Shown: positions 1-9,159 of the stretch, piece by piece
Layout of the letters: the number at the start of each line of letters is the position of its first letter
Numbering within the stretch: position 1 is the stretch's first letter
Assembly (NCBI GenBank): GCA_965248595.1
Contig: CBDFJM010000003.1
Coordinates: 10,729-74,728 of the forward strand
DNA length: 64,000 bases
Origin: Dehalococcoidia bacterium
GTDB lineage: Bacteria; Chloroflexota; Dehalococcoidia; Lucifugimonadales; SHYF01
Reading direction: 5' to 3'
Translations under genes and position numbers: made by a program
Notes under the pieces: generated by a model
The model's input: only the letters and a program-made list of their open reading frames with translations
What the model was told of the DNA's origin: nothing
The model's database searches: none

Positions 1-1504
1 CCCTTCAACGCCTCCACCAGGCCGGGGATAGAGTGGACCTTGGCCTCCACATGCACCTCCAGGCCAAGCTCCCTGGCCGTAGCCGCAGTCACAGGGCCAA
101 TGCATGCGATGGCTGGCTTAGCCAGCAGTGATACGTCGCCACCCAGCAGCTTGACCAGGTTACGCACAGTGGACGAACTTGTGAATGTAATGGCATCTAT
201 CTTGCCCTCCGCCAGCAGGGCTAGCGCCTTCTCCTGCAACTCCTCCGGCACCAGAGTGCGGTACGCCACTACCTGGGTCACCTCTGCGCCCATGGAGCGC
301 AACTCCTCTGCCAGCAATGACCGGCCCTCTTCCGCGCTGGGAAGAAGGGCGTGGTCGCCGGGCCGTATCCGGCCTTGCAGTGCCTTCGCCAGGGCTTCCG
401 AGACATACTTCCTAGGCACTATGTCTGGGTGGACTCCGTGGCTCGCCAGGGCGTCGGCGGTGGCGGAGCCTATGGCTGCCAGTCGAACGCCTCCCAATGA
501 CCGCGCATCCAGTCCTTCCCGCTCCAGGGCTTGCCAAAAGGCAACCACACCGTTGACGCTTGTGAACATCACCCACTGGTACGAGGATAGCTCACGAGAG
601 GCCTGGCGCAGGAGCGTATCGTCGGTCAGGGGCGCGATCTGGATGGTTGGCATCTCCAATGTCTCTCCACCTTCACGGGCCAGCAGGTCAACCAGTTGGC
701 TAGCCTGGTCTCGAGACCGCGTGACCATGATGCGCTTGCCTGAAAGCGGGCGGTTGTCAAACCAGCGTATGTGCTGGCGCAGGCCCACCACCGACCCAAA
801 TACCGCCACTACCGGCGGCTCCAGGCCAGCCTGCTGGCCCCGTCCCATGATGTCCGCCAGGGTTCCTTCCACAGTGCGCTGGTGGGGTTCGGTCCCCCAC
901 TGGACGAGGGCTGCCGGCGTATCCGCCGACATACCGTGGGCTAACAGTGCCTCCCTGACTCTGGGGAGGCTCTCCCATCCCATGAGCACCACAAGAGTGC
1001 CGGCGCCAGTGGCCAGCGCCTGCCAGTCAATCAGCGACTCCTCTTTGGACGGGTCTTCGCTGCCGCTGACCACGGTAAAAGAGGAGGCGATTTGCCGGTG
1101 GGTAAGCGGTATTCCAGCGTAAGCGGGTACGGCTATGGCCGACGTGATGCCGGGGACCACCTCGAATGGAATGCCCGCATCCGCCAAGGCCATCGCCTCT
1201 TCGCCGCCACGCCCAAAGACAAATGGGTCGCCGCCCTTCAGTCGCACGACGCTTCTTCCATCCCTGGCGCGCTGGACCATGTAGCTTATGATCTCGTCCT
1301 GGGTGTTGGACTCCCGTCGAGGCCACTTGCCCACGTACTCCACCTCGGCATCCGGGCGGGCGTGGCGCAGAAGCCGCTCGTTCACCAGCCGGTCGTAGAA
1401 CACGGAGTCGGCGTGCTGAAGCAGTTCCAGGCCGCGCACGGTGATTAGGCCGGGGTCGCCCGGGCCTGCGCCCACCAGGTATACTGTCCCTGGCCTGGCG
1501 ATCA
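1..1504 (-). CDS. cobA-hemD: Uroporphyrinogen-III C-methyltransferase / uroporphyrinogen-III synthase fusion (CobA-HemD); 3' end runs off the window
   Basis: Own minus-strand translation; absent from the ORF track. GTG start at 1504 overlaps the hemC stop as GTGA, and there is no stop inside the window. Sequence VIARPGTVYLVGAGPGDPGLITVRG...LKGGDPFVFGRGGEE is followed by a HemD-like half. Listed + ORF 40..1122 is its antisense shadow. Confidence 0.85.
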
Positions 1505-2437
1505 CGGAGCGTCCCCTGTGGTGTTCACCAGGCGCAAGGCTCCTGTCTCCATCAGCTTGCGGTATGCATCGTGGGCAACGGCCTCTGGGTTGGCTGCTTT
1601 GCCGGAAGCCGTAACCTTGTAGACCTGCGCTCCAGTCTCCTCGGCCAGCATTGCCGTGATGGTTAGGGAGTCGCCTGTCACTGAGGCGTAGGCCCCAAAT
1701 GGGGCCTGGCATCCGCTTCCCAGGCTTGCCAGCAGGGCGCGCTCAGCTTGCACGGAGGCTGCTGTATCGGCGTCCTGGACTCGGCCTACCATTCCAGCCA
1801 CCTCTTCGTCATCCTGGCGTATCTCCAGCGCCAGCGCCCCCTGGCCCGGGGCGGGTAGCATCGTTTCCGCATCGAAGACCTGCGTCGCCTCGTTCTCCAG
1901 ACCCAAGCGCCGCAGCCCTGCCAGAGCCACCACCACGCCGTCCAGGTCATTGCCCCGCGCCTTCGCCAGACGGGTCGCAACGTTGCCCCGCACGGGGGTC
2001 ACCGTGAGGTCGGGGCGCAGGTGTAGCAGTTGGGCGGCTCGCCGTGGGCTGCCAGTGCCTATGCGCGCCCCCTGGGGTAGCTTGTCTAGAGGCAGGTCCC
2101 ACCTGTCCACTAGGGCGTCGCGCGGGTCCTCACGGCGCGTCACGGCGGCGATGACAGACCCGTCCGGCTGCGAGGTGGGCATATCCTTCAGGCTGTGCAC
2201 CGCCAAATCTATCTCATGACGCAGTAAGGCGACCTCCAGCTCTTTCACAAAGACCCCCACGCCCAGGCGGACGATGGGGATATCGGGGTGTATGTCTCCG
2301 CCGGTGGCCACGGTGGTCACTCGGAAAAGCACAGTGGGAAACGCCGCCTGAAGCAGCACCAGAGCTTCCTGCGTCTGCCTCATGGCCAGCTCACTGCCGC
2401 GGGTGCCCATAACTATTGTTCTGTTTGGTGATGCCAA
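1502..2437 (-). CDS. hemC: Hydroxymethylbilane synthase (porphobilinogen deaminase)
   Basis: 311-aa ORF with N-terminal GTRGSELAMRQT and HemC-like sequence throughout. Lies between hemA and cobA-hemD. Confidence 0.93.
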   Translation of the reverse strand: MASPNRTIVMGTRGSELAMRQTQEALVLLQAAFPTVLFRVTTVATGGDIHPDIPIVRLGVGVFVKELEVALLRHEIDLAVHSLKDMPTSQPDGSVIAAVTRREDPRDALVDRWDLPLDKLPQGARIGTGSPRRAAQLLHLRPDLTVTPVRGNVATRLAKARGNDLDGVVVALAGLRRLGLENEATQVFDAETMLPAPGQGALALEIRQDDEEVAGMVGRVQDADTAASVQAERALLASLGSGCQAPFGAYASVTGDSLTITAMLAEETGAQVYKVTASGKAANPEAVAHDAYRKLMETGALRLVNTTGDAP

Positions 2438-2491
2438 ACTAGCGCCATATCCTTTACGCCTAAGAATGGCATGTTGTACCGGTTGTAGCCA

Positions 2492-3745
2492 CTACTCCCC
2501 TTCTTTGCCCAGGTCAAACAACTCCCGCGTCACCTGGGTGTAGGTGGGGTTCCGCTTCTCTTTCAGCGAGGCGATGGGCTGGTGCATTAGCTTTTTGACC
2601 AGGGCCTTGCTGAAGGCCGTCAACCTTCGTTGCTCCTCCTCGTCCAGGCTTGGTAAACGCTTCATCACCCTGGCCAACTCCCGTGCCCGGAGGCTGTCAG
2701 CCCGCTCCCTGAGTGCGGCCACCGTGGGGATAACTTCCAAGGAGGATAGCCACTCCATGAACTGATCCACCTCCTGCTTCACGATGGCCTCCACCTTCTG
2801 GGCCTCCTGCTCTCGCTGGCGGCGGTTGGCCTCGGCCACGAGTTCTAGATCGTCTATGTCGTACAGGTGGACGCAGGAGAAGTCCTTCACCGCCGGGTCT
2901 ATGTCCCGCGGGACAGCGATGTCTATGAGAAGCAGGGGCCGGTCATTGGCTACCCTGGCCTGCGCAACCATCTCCTGCGTTATCACGTAGCCTGGCGACC
3001 CCGTGGCGCTGACCACAATGTCGGCTTCTTCCATCATGTCACCCAGGCCGTTGAAGGGCACGGCCCTGCCGCCAACCTGGATGGCCATTTCCACGGCCCG
3101 CTGGTAGGTGCGGTTGGTCACGGCAATGTCCCCAACTCCGGCATCGGCCAGGGCCTGGGCCGCCAGTCTGCCAGCATCTCCCAGACCAACCACAAGGACC
3201 CGCTTGGTGCTCAGATTGCCCAGGGCGCGACGGGCTATCTCCACGGCGGCCCGGCTGACAGAGAGAGCGTTCCGCCCGATGTCTGTCTCCCGCCTGGCCC
3301 GTTTTCCCACACGCAGAGCATGGTGGAACAGCCTGGCGAGAGTGCCCCCAGCCAGTCCGGTGCGGCTGGCAGCGCCGTAGGCGTCCCGTACCTGTCCCAG
3401 GATCTGTGCTTCGCCTATTATGAGCGAGTCCAATCCAGAAGCCACGCGGAACAGGTGCCGTGCAGCCCTCCGCTGGCTGTAAGCGTACAGGTGAGGTTCA
3501 ATCTCGCGGCGGGCCACCCGGTGGAAGGCGGTAAGAAACCCCTTCAGACTCTCCGTGCCCTGAACTGCCGAAGGCACCAGGGCATACACCTCAGACCGGT
3601 TGCAGGTGGAGAGGATAACTCCGTTGCCCACCCTGAGGCGCAGGGCTCCCAGGGCCTCGTTCATCTCCTCCGGGCCAACCGTCAACTGCTCGCGCAGGGC
3701 CAGGTTAGCCGTCTGATGATTGAGTCCTATGGCCACGATCTTCAT
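2492..3745 (-). CDS. hemA: Glutamyl-tRNA reductase
   Basis: 417 aa. MKIVAIGLNHQTA...LSTCNRSEVY catalytic-Cys region and GLGDAG nucleotide-binding motif. ATGA overlap with the upstream gene. Confidence 0.93.
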   Translation of the reverse strand: MKIVAIGLNHQTANLALREQLTVGPEEMNEALGALRLRVGNGVILSTCNRSEVYALVPSAVQGTESLKGFLTAFHRVARREIEPHLYAYSQRRAARHLFRVASGLDSLIIGEAQILGQVRDAYGAASRTGLAGGTLARLFHHALRVGKRARRETDIGRNALSVSRAAVEIARRALGNLSTKRVLVVGLGDAGRLAAQALADAGVGDIAVTNRTYQRAVEMAIQVGGRAVPFNGLGDMMEEADIVVSATGSPGYVITQEMVAQARVANDRPLLLIDIAVPRDIDPAVKDFSCVHLYDIDDLELVAEANRRQREQEAQKVEAIVKQEVDQFMEWLSSLEVIPTVAALRERADSLRARELARVMKRLPSLDEEEQRRLTAFSKALVKKLMHQPIASLKEKRNPTYTQVTRELFDLGKEGE

Positions 3746-4398
3746 GATCGTATCTCCTGAGTAGAACCGGTTTGCTGCTGGAGCATGTGCAGCAGCCTCT
3801 CCTTGGCTTCATCCTGCCGCCCGGTATGAAACATGTCCAGCAGTTCGTCGTCCATGCACTCCTGCCATCGCTCCGGGTCGGGCCGTACCCCATCCCTGCG
3901 CAGCGTCAGGCGGACCTCCGAAAGCATGTCCGCCATCTCAGCCCACCGTAGTATGGGGCTTTCGCTCAACTCCTCTCGAAGCCGTCTCGCCAGAGCAGGG
4001 CTGAGTCCGGAGGTGGATATGGCGAAGGTGACTTCACCGCTCCGCACAATGGCGGGAGCAATAAAGCTGCACAGGTTGGTCGTGTCCACAACGTTCAGCA
4101 GCACCCCACGCCGCTCTGCCTCCTTGGCCACCTCTGTGTAAACCCTGGGCTTATCATTTTCGGCGACGGCCAGAAAGATGCCTTCCAGATCGCCCGCCTG
4201 GTACTCCCGGGAGATCCAGTCAATCAAGCCACGACTGGCCAGGTCTTGAAGCGCAACGGTAATCTCGGGGCTGATAACACTTACTTGGGCGCTGCATTCC
4301 AGGAGCCCGATGGCCTTGCGCTCCGCCTCGGCGCCGCCTCCGAAGATCACGCACCGGCGACCTTTCAGGTTCAAGTAAACAGGATAATAGGATGGCAT
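3742..4398 (-). CDS. sirC: Precorrin-2 dehydrogenase / sirohydrochlorin ferrochelatase (SirC/Met8/CysG-N family)
   Basis: 218 aa. N-terminal Rossmann motif CVIFGGGAEAERK. Operon context with hemA, hemC and cobA. Confidence 0.8.
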   Translation of the reverse strand: MPSYYPVYLNLKGRRCVIFGGGAEAERKAIGLLECSAQVSVISPEITVALQDLASRGLIDWISREYQAGDLEGIFLAVAENDKPRVYTEVAKEAERRGVLLNVVDTTNLCSFIAPAIVRSGEVTFAISTSGLSPALARRLREELSESPILRWAEMADMLSEVRLTLRRDGVRPDPERWQECMDDELLDMFHTGRQDEAKERLLHMLQQQTGSTQEIRS

Positions 4399-4408
4399 GG
4401 AGTCCTCC

Positions 4409-5413
4409 CTAGACGAAGTACCTTACCCGGGTCTTTTTGTACTCGCGGTAGCTGTACAGCACCTGATACTCGGTGATGCCCGTCTGGTGCGATATCTCGC
4501 GGGCAATCTCTTCGCACCCCTCTTTGGACGTGGCGTGGACCATGCTGAAGTGGGTGTACGGCCAGTCGGGGAAGGTGGGCCGCTCGTAGCAGTGAGTCAC
4601 AGCGAGATGGGCCGCCATGATCCGTCCTACCTCCTCGGAGCGGTCGGGTGATACCTTCCACACTGCCATGCCGTTGGCGCGAAAGCCCGCCCTACGGTGG
4701 TGCAGGACGGCGCTGAATCGGCGCATAAGCCCACGCTCTTGGAAACCCTTGCCGTAGGAGAACAACTCCTCCTCGGTGATGCCCAGGCGTTTCGCCATGC
4801 CCTCAAAGGGACGAGGAGTGAGCGGTACATCCTCTTGAAGCTCGCGTATAATCTGGACCTCAAAATCTGTGACCGTCTCCACCTTGTTCCAGTTGGCCTG
4901 TCCGTCCTTAAAGCCATCGGGGCTGTAGTAGTCGTAAGCGGCGCCTTGCTCCTCCACCATGTCGAAGTTCACGCCTATCTTGAAGAACCTGATGGTGGGC
5001 ATTATGCGGACGGCTTCGGCCCTAGTTTCCTTGGCCAGGCGGTCCACCGTATCTTCTAAAACCTCGCCAGGAGGCACCGCAATAGTAAACCACAGATTGA
5101 AGAATCCGTTGCGAGCGTAGTTATGGCTGACGCCTGGGTGCTGGTTGATGTGGTGGGCCGCCCTGGTAAGCGACCCGTGAGGAAACCGCGCAGCCACCAG
5201 GCAGGTCTTATAGCCCAGGCGCCGCGTATCGAATATGGCGCTGATCTGCCGCACCACGTTCTTCTTCTTCAAGACGGCCACGCGCTGGATGGCATCTTCT
5301 TCTGGTATGCCAAGCTGGTGGCCAATGATCTTGAACGGGTCCGATTTCAGTGGAAAGGACGACTGGATGATATTGAGCAGTTGCCGGTCTAACAAATCCA
5401 TCTGGGCTGCCAT
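4409..5413 (-). CDS. ahbAB: Siroheme decarboxylase, fused AhbA/AhbB (NirD/NirL-like, two Lrp/AsnC-type modules)
   Basis: 334 aa with two tandem AsnC-like halves (LDRQLLNIIQ... and VQIIRELQEDVPL...). First gene of the tetrapyrrole operon. Confidence 0.7.
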   Translation of the reverse strand: MAAQMDLLDRQLLNIIQSSFPLKSDPFKIIGHQLGIPEEDAIQRVAVLKKKNVVRQISAIFDTRRLGYKTCLVAARFPHGSLTRAAHHINQHPGVSHNYARNGFFNLWFTIAVPPGEVLEDTVDRLAKETRAEAVRIMPTIRFFKIGVNFDMVEEQGAAYDYYSPDGFKDGQANWNKVETVTDFEVQIIRELQEDVPLTPRPFEGMAKRLGITEEELFSYGKGFQERGLMRRFSAVLHHRRAGFRANGMAVWKVSPDRSEEVGRIMAAHLAVTHCYERPTFPDWPYTHFSMVHATSKEGCEEIAREISHQTGITEYQVLYSYREYKKTRVRYFV

Positions 5414-5473
5414 ATTGCTCCTAAGCTATTTTGATACTCGTCCTCGACAGTTGGTAGAGCCTCGTGGCTAAAG

Positions 5474-5556
5474 CCCGCTCATATGGTTCGACGGGCTCAC
5501 CATGAGCGGCGTAATAATCTCGCTCATCCTGAGCTTGTCGAAGGAAATGAGCGAGG
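5474..5556. repeat. REP/MITE-like palindromic repeat, family A (GGTTCGAC-GGCTCACCATGAGCGG unit + CCTGAGCTTGTCGAAGG unit)
   Basis: Two hairpin units, CCGCTCAT..ATGAGCGG and CGCTCAT..ATGAGCG. The same units recur at 6449-6538, 27374-27447 and 35795-35893. Confidence 0.85.
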
Positions 5557-6219
5557 CACACTCAGCTGCCCTGTTGCAACGCCGTGGTCGGCCTCCTGGC
5601 AGGCTCGGACAATGCCCTTGAGGACTTGGTCCGTCACCGTATTTACCTGTTCCCATTTCCGGTAAATTGCTTTTGGTGAGTTGTCGGAGGTTTTGGTGCC
5701 CTGAAGCCCTTCGACCAGGGAGTTGCGAAAGAAGATGAAGGCCTGGGTAGCCTCCTCCAGGGATAGTCCCAGGCGCGCCGTCTCCGTTCCGTACTCCTCG
5801 CCCACTAGACGGGCCGATGCCAGCAGCTCCGACCTATGTCCCTGTCCGCCCAGGTAGTCGGCGGACAGGGTAAGGAGGCGATACCCAAACAGCCGCATGC
5901 GCCCGCGGTCCTCCTCCTGGATGTGCTCGTACCAGCCCTGGTGGGCCATGGAACGGTTGTGCAAGCGCCGCCGGATGTGCCGCAGCGCGGCCTCCGTCAC
6001 CTCGGACCGCGTATCTTCCTTGTTGACAGTGGGCGCGCCTTTCACTATGGCACGCAATTCCTCCTGGGAGAATCGCCGGTGGCCTCCGGGTGTACGATAG
6101 GAGCGTATGAGGCCCCGGTCTGCCCAACGGCGTATGGTGGCCTGGTCTGCCTCCAGCACCTTGCAGGCGGCGCCCAGTGGCAACCATTGCCGCTTGTTCG
6201 ATTCAACGTCTTTGATCAT
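5524..6219 (-). CDS. Excisionase/MerR-type HTH DNA-binding regulator with C-terminal sensor-like domain
   Basis: 231 aa. WLPLGAACKVLEADQATIRRWADRGLIRSYRTPGGHRRF is a typical HTH_17/MerR-type helix-turn-helix. The last ~10 codons run into repeat family A (5524-5556), so the true C-terminus is uncertain. Confidence 0.6.
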   Translation of the reverse strand: MIKDVESNKRQWLPLGAACKVLEADQATIRRWADRGLIRSYRTPGGHRRFSQEELRAIVKGAPTVNKEDTRSEVTEAALRHIRRRLHNRSMAHQGWYEHIQEEDRGRMRLFGYRLLTLSADYLGGQGHRSELLASARLVGEEYGTETARLGLSLEEATQAFIFFRNSLVEGLQGTKTSDNSPKAIYRKWEQVNTVTDQVLKGIVRACQEADHGVATGQLSVPRSFPSTSSG

Positions 6220-6320
6220 AGACCAAATCTATACAATTCTGTACTATTATAGTGGCCGACATGGTGCGACACTTAGAATATCAGGCCGCCAAAGCGCCCG
6301 TCAATGGGTCAGAGTAGCCT

Positions 6321-6443
6321 TGTACAAAAACGTTGCTGGAAGCAGGAAGGTGCAAGAAACCTGGGTTTCCTGCCAGGGGTCTAAGGGGGTGTCCCCCTTT
6401 CCAACAACGTTCCAGGGTGGGAGGGTCGGAAGGAAGACGTTGG
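6321..6443. repeat. ~125-bp dispersed repeat, family C, copy 1
   Basis: Near-identical inverted copy at 43918-44045, checked by hand reverse-complementing; a few substitutions. Confidence 0.85.
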
Positions 6444-6448
6444 AGTGA

Positions 6449-6538
6449 CCCGCTCATATGGTTCGACAGGCTCACCATGAGCGGGGAAGAACTCCCACCG
6501 CTCGTCCTGAGCTTGTCGAAGGATGCGAGCGGTGGGAG
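6449..6538. repeat. REP/MITE-like palindromic repeat, family A
   Basis: CCGCTCATATGGTTCGACAGGCTCACCATGAGCGG plus CCCACCGCTCGTCCTGAGCTTGTCGAAGGATGCGAGCGGTGGG hairpins. Confidence 0.85.
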
Positions 6539-6645
6539 GGCACTGGGAACTATGTCGGTGTATTTTCTCAATAACCACTAGTGCTATGACAAGCCACAAC
6601 CACGCAAAAGCAAACAAAACCGGCCCTTGGAAATGGTAACACCAC

Positions 6646-7317
6646 GTGAATCTTGAGGGACAGAAACGCCGACTCCTGTCTCGACTGCGAAGGGACATCT
6701 CCGATCAGCGGGTGCTGGAGGCTATGGAAAGCGTCCCACGCGAGGCCTTTGTGCCAGAAGCCAGCCACCACTTGGCCTACGAGGACATTCCTCTGCCCAT
6801 AGGCGAGGGGCAGACCATCTCTCAGCCGCTTATCGTGGCGTTGATGGTCGCCTCCGTTGGATTGAAGTCCTCGGACAAGGTGCTGGAGTTGGGCACAGGT
6901 TCCGGCTATCAGACCGCTATCCTCTCGCTCCTCGCTCGCGAAGTAATCAGCACTGAGCGCCTCGTGCCCCTGGCCGGCGGTGCCCAGGCACGCCTGGTTG
7001 AGCTGGGCTACCGCAACGTGACGGTGCTGCCGGCTGGCGACACCCTGGGATGTCCGGCGGAGGCCCCCTTCGATGCGATCATAGTGGCGGCAGGTGCGCC
7101 GCGCTTGCCCAGAGTGCTGCTGGACCAGCTATCCGAGGGCGGACGCTTGTCCATCCCAGTGGGATCCCGCCGCGAGCAGGACTTGCTGGTGGTGGAGAAG
7201 ACCCACGACGGCTACTCCGTCAAGAGCCTGGGGCCATGCCGGTTCGTGCCCCTGGTAGGCCCCAGCGCGTGGGAGGACGACGGCGAGGAACACGATAACG
7301 AGGCGGAGTTTATATAG
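6646..7317 (+). CDS. pcm: Protein-L-isoaspartate O-methyltransferase
   Basis: 223 aa. GQTISQPLIVALM and the SAM motif VLELGTGSGYQTA. Confidence 0.9.
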   Translation: MNLEGQKRRLLSRLRRDISDQRVLEAMESVPREAFVPEASHHLAYEDIPLPIGEGQTISQPLIVALMVASVGLKSSDKVLELGTGSGYQTAILSLLAREVISTERLVPLAGGAQARLVELGYRNVTVLPAGDTLGCPAEAPFDAIIVAAGAPRLPRVLLDQLSEGGRLSIPVGSRREQDLLVVEKTHDGYSVKSLGPCRFVPLVGPSAWEDDGEEHDNEAEFI

Positions 7318-7356
7318 CGGGCCAAGGCTCAGTCACCGTGATATACTCCCGGCGAA

Positions 7357-9054
7357 ATGCGCCAGCGCCGATGGAAATCTCTACTTGGCATATGTGGCTT
7401 GGCCACGGCTACGGCTCTGCTGCTGGTTACAAGCTCTGGACTATCCATGCCCATGGCCCAAGCGCAGACACCGACACCAACTCCAACACCTCTACCAACT
7501 TTCACGTTCACGGTGGACTCCACTGGAAACGGCAGTGATTCCAATACTGGCGATGTCGTATGTGATGACGGCACAGGCTCATGTACCTTGCGGGCGGCGA
7601 TTGAACAGGCCAATGCGTGGGTGTCTGGCGCACAGTCCTTCAAGGACACCATCCGTTTCAACATCCCTGGCCCTGGTCCTCACACCATCCAGCCCACGTC
7701 TGCCCTGCCTACCATCACCGATCCTGTGGTCATTGACGGCTACACCCAGCCTGGGGCCAGCCCCAATACCAACGGCCCTGGCCTTGGCCTGAACACCGTG
7801 CTCAAGATTGAGCTGGATGGAACAAACGCGGGGGTGGGCTTCACGGCGAACGGGTTGTGGATCACGTCAGGAGCCACGACGGTGCAGGGGCTAGCAATCA
7901 ACCGATTCGACGGGAGCGGAATCAGGATTGAGACTAATGACGGGAACGTTGTTCAGGGCAACTTCATGGGAACAACCCTCTCAGGCAATGCTGCCTTCGG
8001 TGGTGGCGGTATATTCATCGGTTTCGACTCGTCCAACAACATAGTGGGTGGTGCCACCCCTGAGGCGCGTAACGTGATCTCAGGAAACGGGCTCGGTGTC
8101 TTCATTGTGGGAACGGCGGCATCCGGCAATCTCGTACAGGGCAATCTTATCGGCACCGACGTCACGGGCACCGTAGCTCTCGGCAACACTGGTAACGGTG
8201 TGCAACTAAAAGGTGCGGCCGGCAACACCATCGGGGGCACGACGGCCGCCAAAGGTAACGTCATCTCAGGGAGCGGCAACGAGGGTATCTGGATCTTAGC
8301 GAGCAGCGCGACTGGGAATCTTGTGCAAGGCAATTTCATTGGTACCGATGTCACAGGCACGCTGAACGTGGGAAACACCTTAGCAGGTGTGAAAATCGAC
8401 CTCGGCGCGTCAGGTAACACCATCGGAGGGACCACAGCCGGTGCGGGTAACACCATCGCTTTCAACGGTGGTGACGGAGTCTTCGTTGAAACAGGTACAG
8501 GCAACTCCGTCCTGGGCAACTCCATCTTCTCCAATACTGGCCTTGGCTTAGATTTGGACCCTGATGGAGTGACTCCCAACGATTCTACGGACGCCGATGC
8601 AGGTGCCAACAACCTCCAAAACTTTCCTGTGGTAACCTTTGCCACCACCGGCAGCATCATAATCCAGGGAACTCTCAACGGTGCGGCCAGCACCCAGTTC
8701 AGGCTGGAATTTTTCTCTAGCCCCTTTTGCGACCCCTCTGGCTACGGCGAGGGCAAGACTTTTCTTGGCTTCAAAGATGTGACCACTGACGGTACTGGCA
8801 ATGCCAGTTTCACCGCCAACTTCGCAACCACGGTCACCGTAGGAAATATGGTCACGACCACGGCTACCGACCCAAGTAACAACACTTCGGAGTTCTCGGC
8901 GTGCACATCTGTTGGCGCCATACCGACGCCAGCCCTGACCTCCACGCCCACACCCATACCAGGCGTGACCCAGTGGGGCCTCATAGGCATGGCGGGCCTG
9001 CTGGCTGGGTTGGCCTACCTCACCCTGTGGCGCAGAGGGGTCCCATCCTTGTAG
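7357..9054 (+). CDS. Secreted right-handed parallel beta-helix repeat protein with CSLREA-like N-domain and IPTL-CTERM-like sorting tail
   Basis: 565 aa. Signal peptide and PT-rich linker. CTLRAAIEQAN motif. Many GN..GNxIGG beta-helix repeats. C-terminal IPTPALTSTPTPIPGVTQWGLIGMAGLLAGLAYLTLWRR. Confidence 0.75.
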   Translation: MRQRRWKSLLGICGLATATALLLVTSSGLSMPMAQAQTPTPTPTPLPTFTFTVDSTGNGSDSNTGDVVCDDGTGSCTLRAAIEQANAWVSGAQSFKDTIRFNIPGPGPHTIQPTSALPTITDPVVIDGYTQPGASPNTNGPGLGLNTVLKIELDGTNAGVGFTANGLWITSGATTVQGLAINRFDGSGIRIETNDGNVVQGNFMGTTLSGNAAFGGGGIFIGFDSSNNIVGGATPEARNVISGNGLGVFIVGTAASGNLVQGNLIGTDVTGTVALGNTGNGVQLKGAAGNTIGGTTAAKGNVISGSGNEGIWILASSATGNLVQGNFIGTDVTGTLNVGNTLAGVKIDLGASGNTIGGTTAGAGNTIAFNGGDGVFVETGTGNSVLGNSIFSNTGLGLDLDPDGVTPNDSTDADAGANNLQNFPVVTFATTGSIIIQGTLNGAASTQFRLEFFSSPFCDPSGYGEGKTFLGFKDVTTDGTGNASFTANFATTVTVGNMVTTTATDPSNNTSEFSACTSVGAIPTPALTSTPTPIPGVTQWGLIGMAGLLAGLAYLTLWRRGVPSL

Positions 9055-9058
9055 GGCA

Positions 9059-9085
9059 TAGGGGCACAAGGCCTTGCGCCCCTAC
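9059..9085 (+). terminator. Stem-loop immediately after the beta-helix protein gene
   Basis: TAGGGGCACAAGGCCTTGCGCCCCTA palindrome 5 nt after the stop. No clear U-tract. Confidence 0.35.
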
Positions 9086-9159
9086 TGAAACGAATCCTCA
9101 TCGCTACCTCTCCCCTGCTATACTATCGGCGTACTCTCGACAAAGGGTGTGAAAGGCGT

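Noticed and set aside
40-1122. 360-aa + strand ORF, the longest listed ORF at the window start
   Set aside because: Ser/Ala/Arg-rich with no motifs. The opposite strand translates cleanly into a CobA-HemD fusion, so this is an antisense shadow typical of high-GC DNA.
5484-5500. GGTTCGAC-containing sequences resembling tRNA T-arms
   Set aside because: They are part of the family A palindromic repeat. No acceptor, anticodon or D-arm structure could be drawn around any copy, so no tRNA is called in the window.
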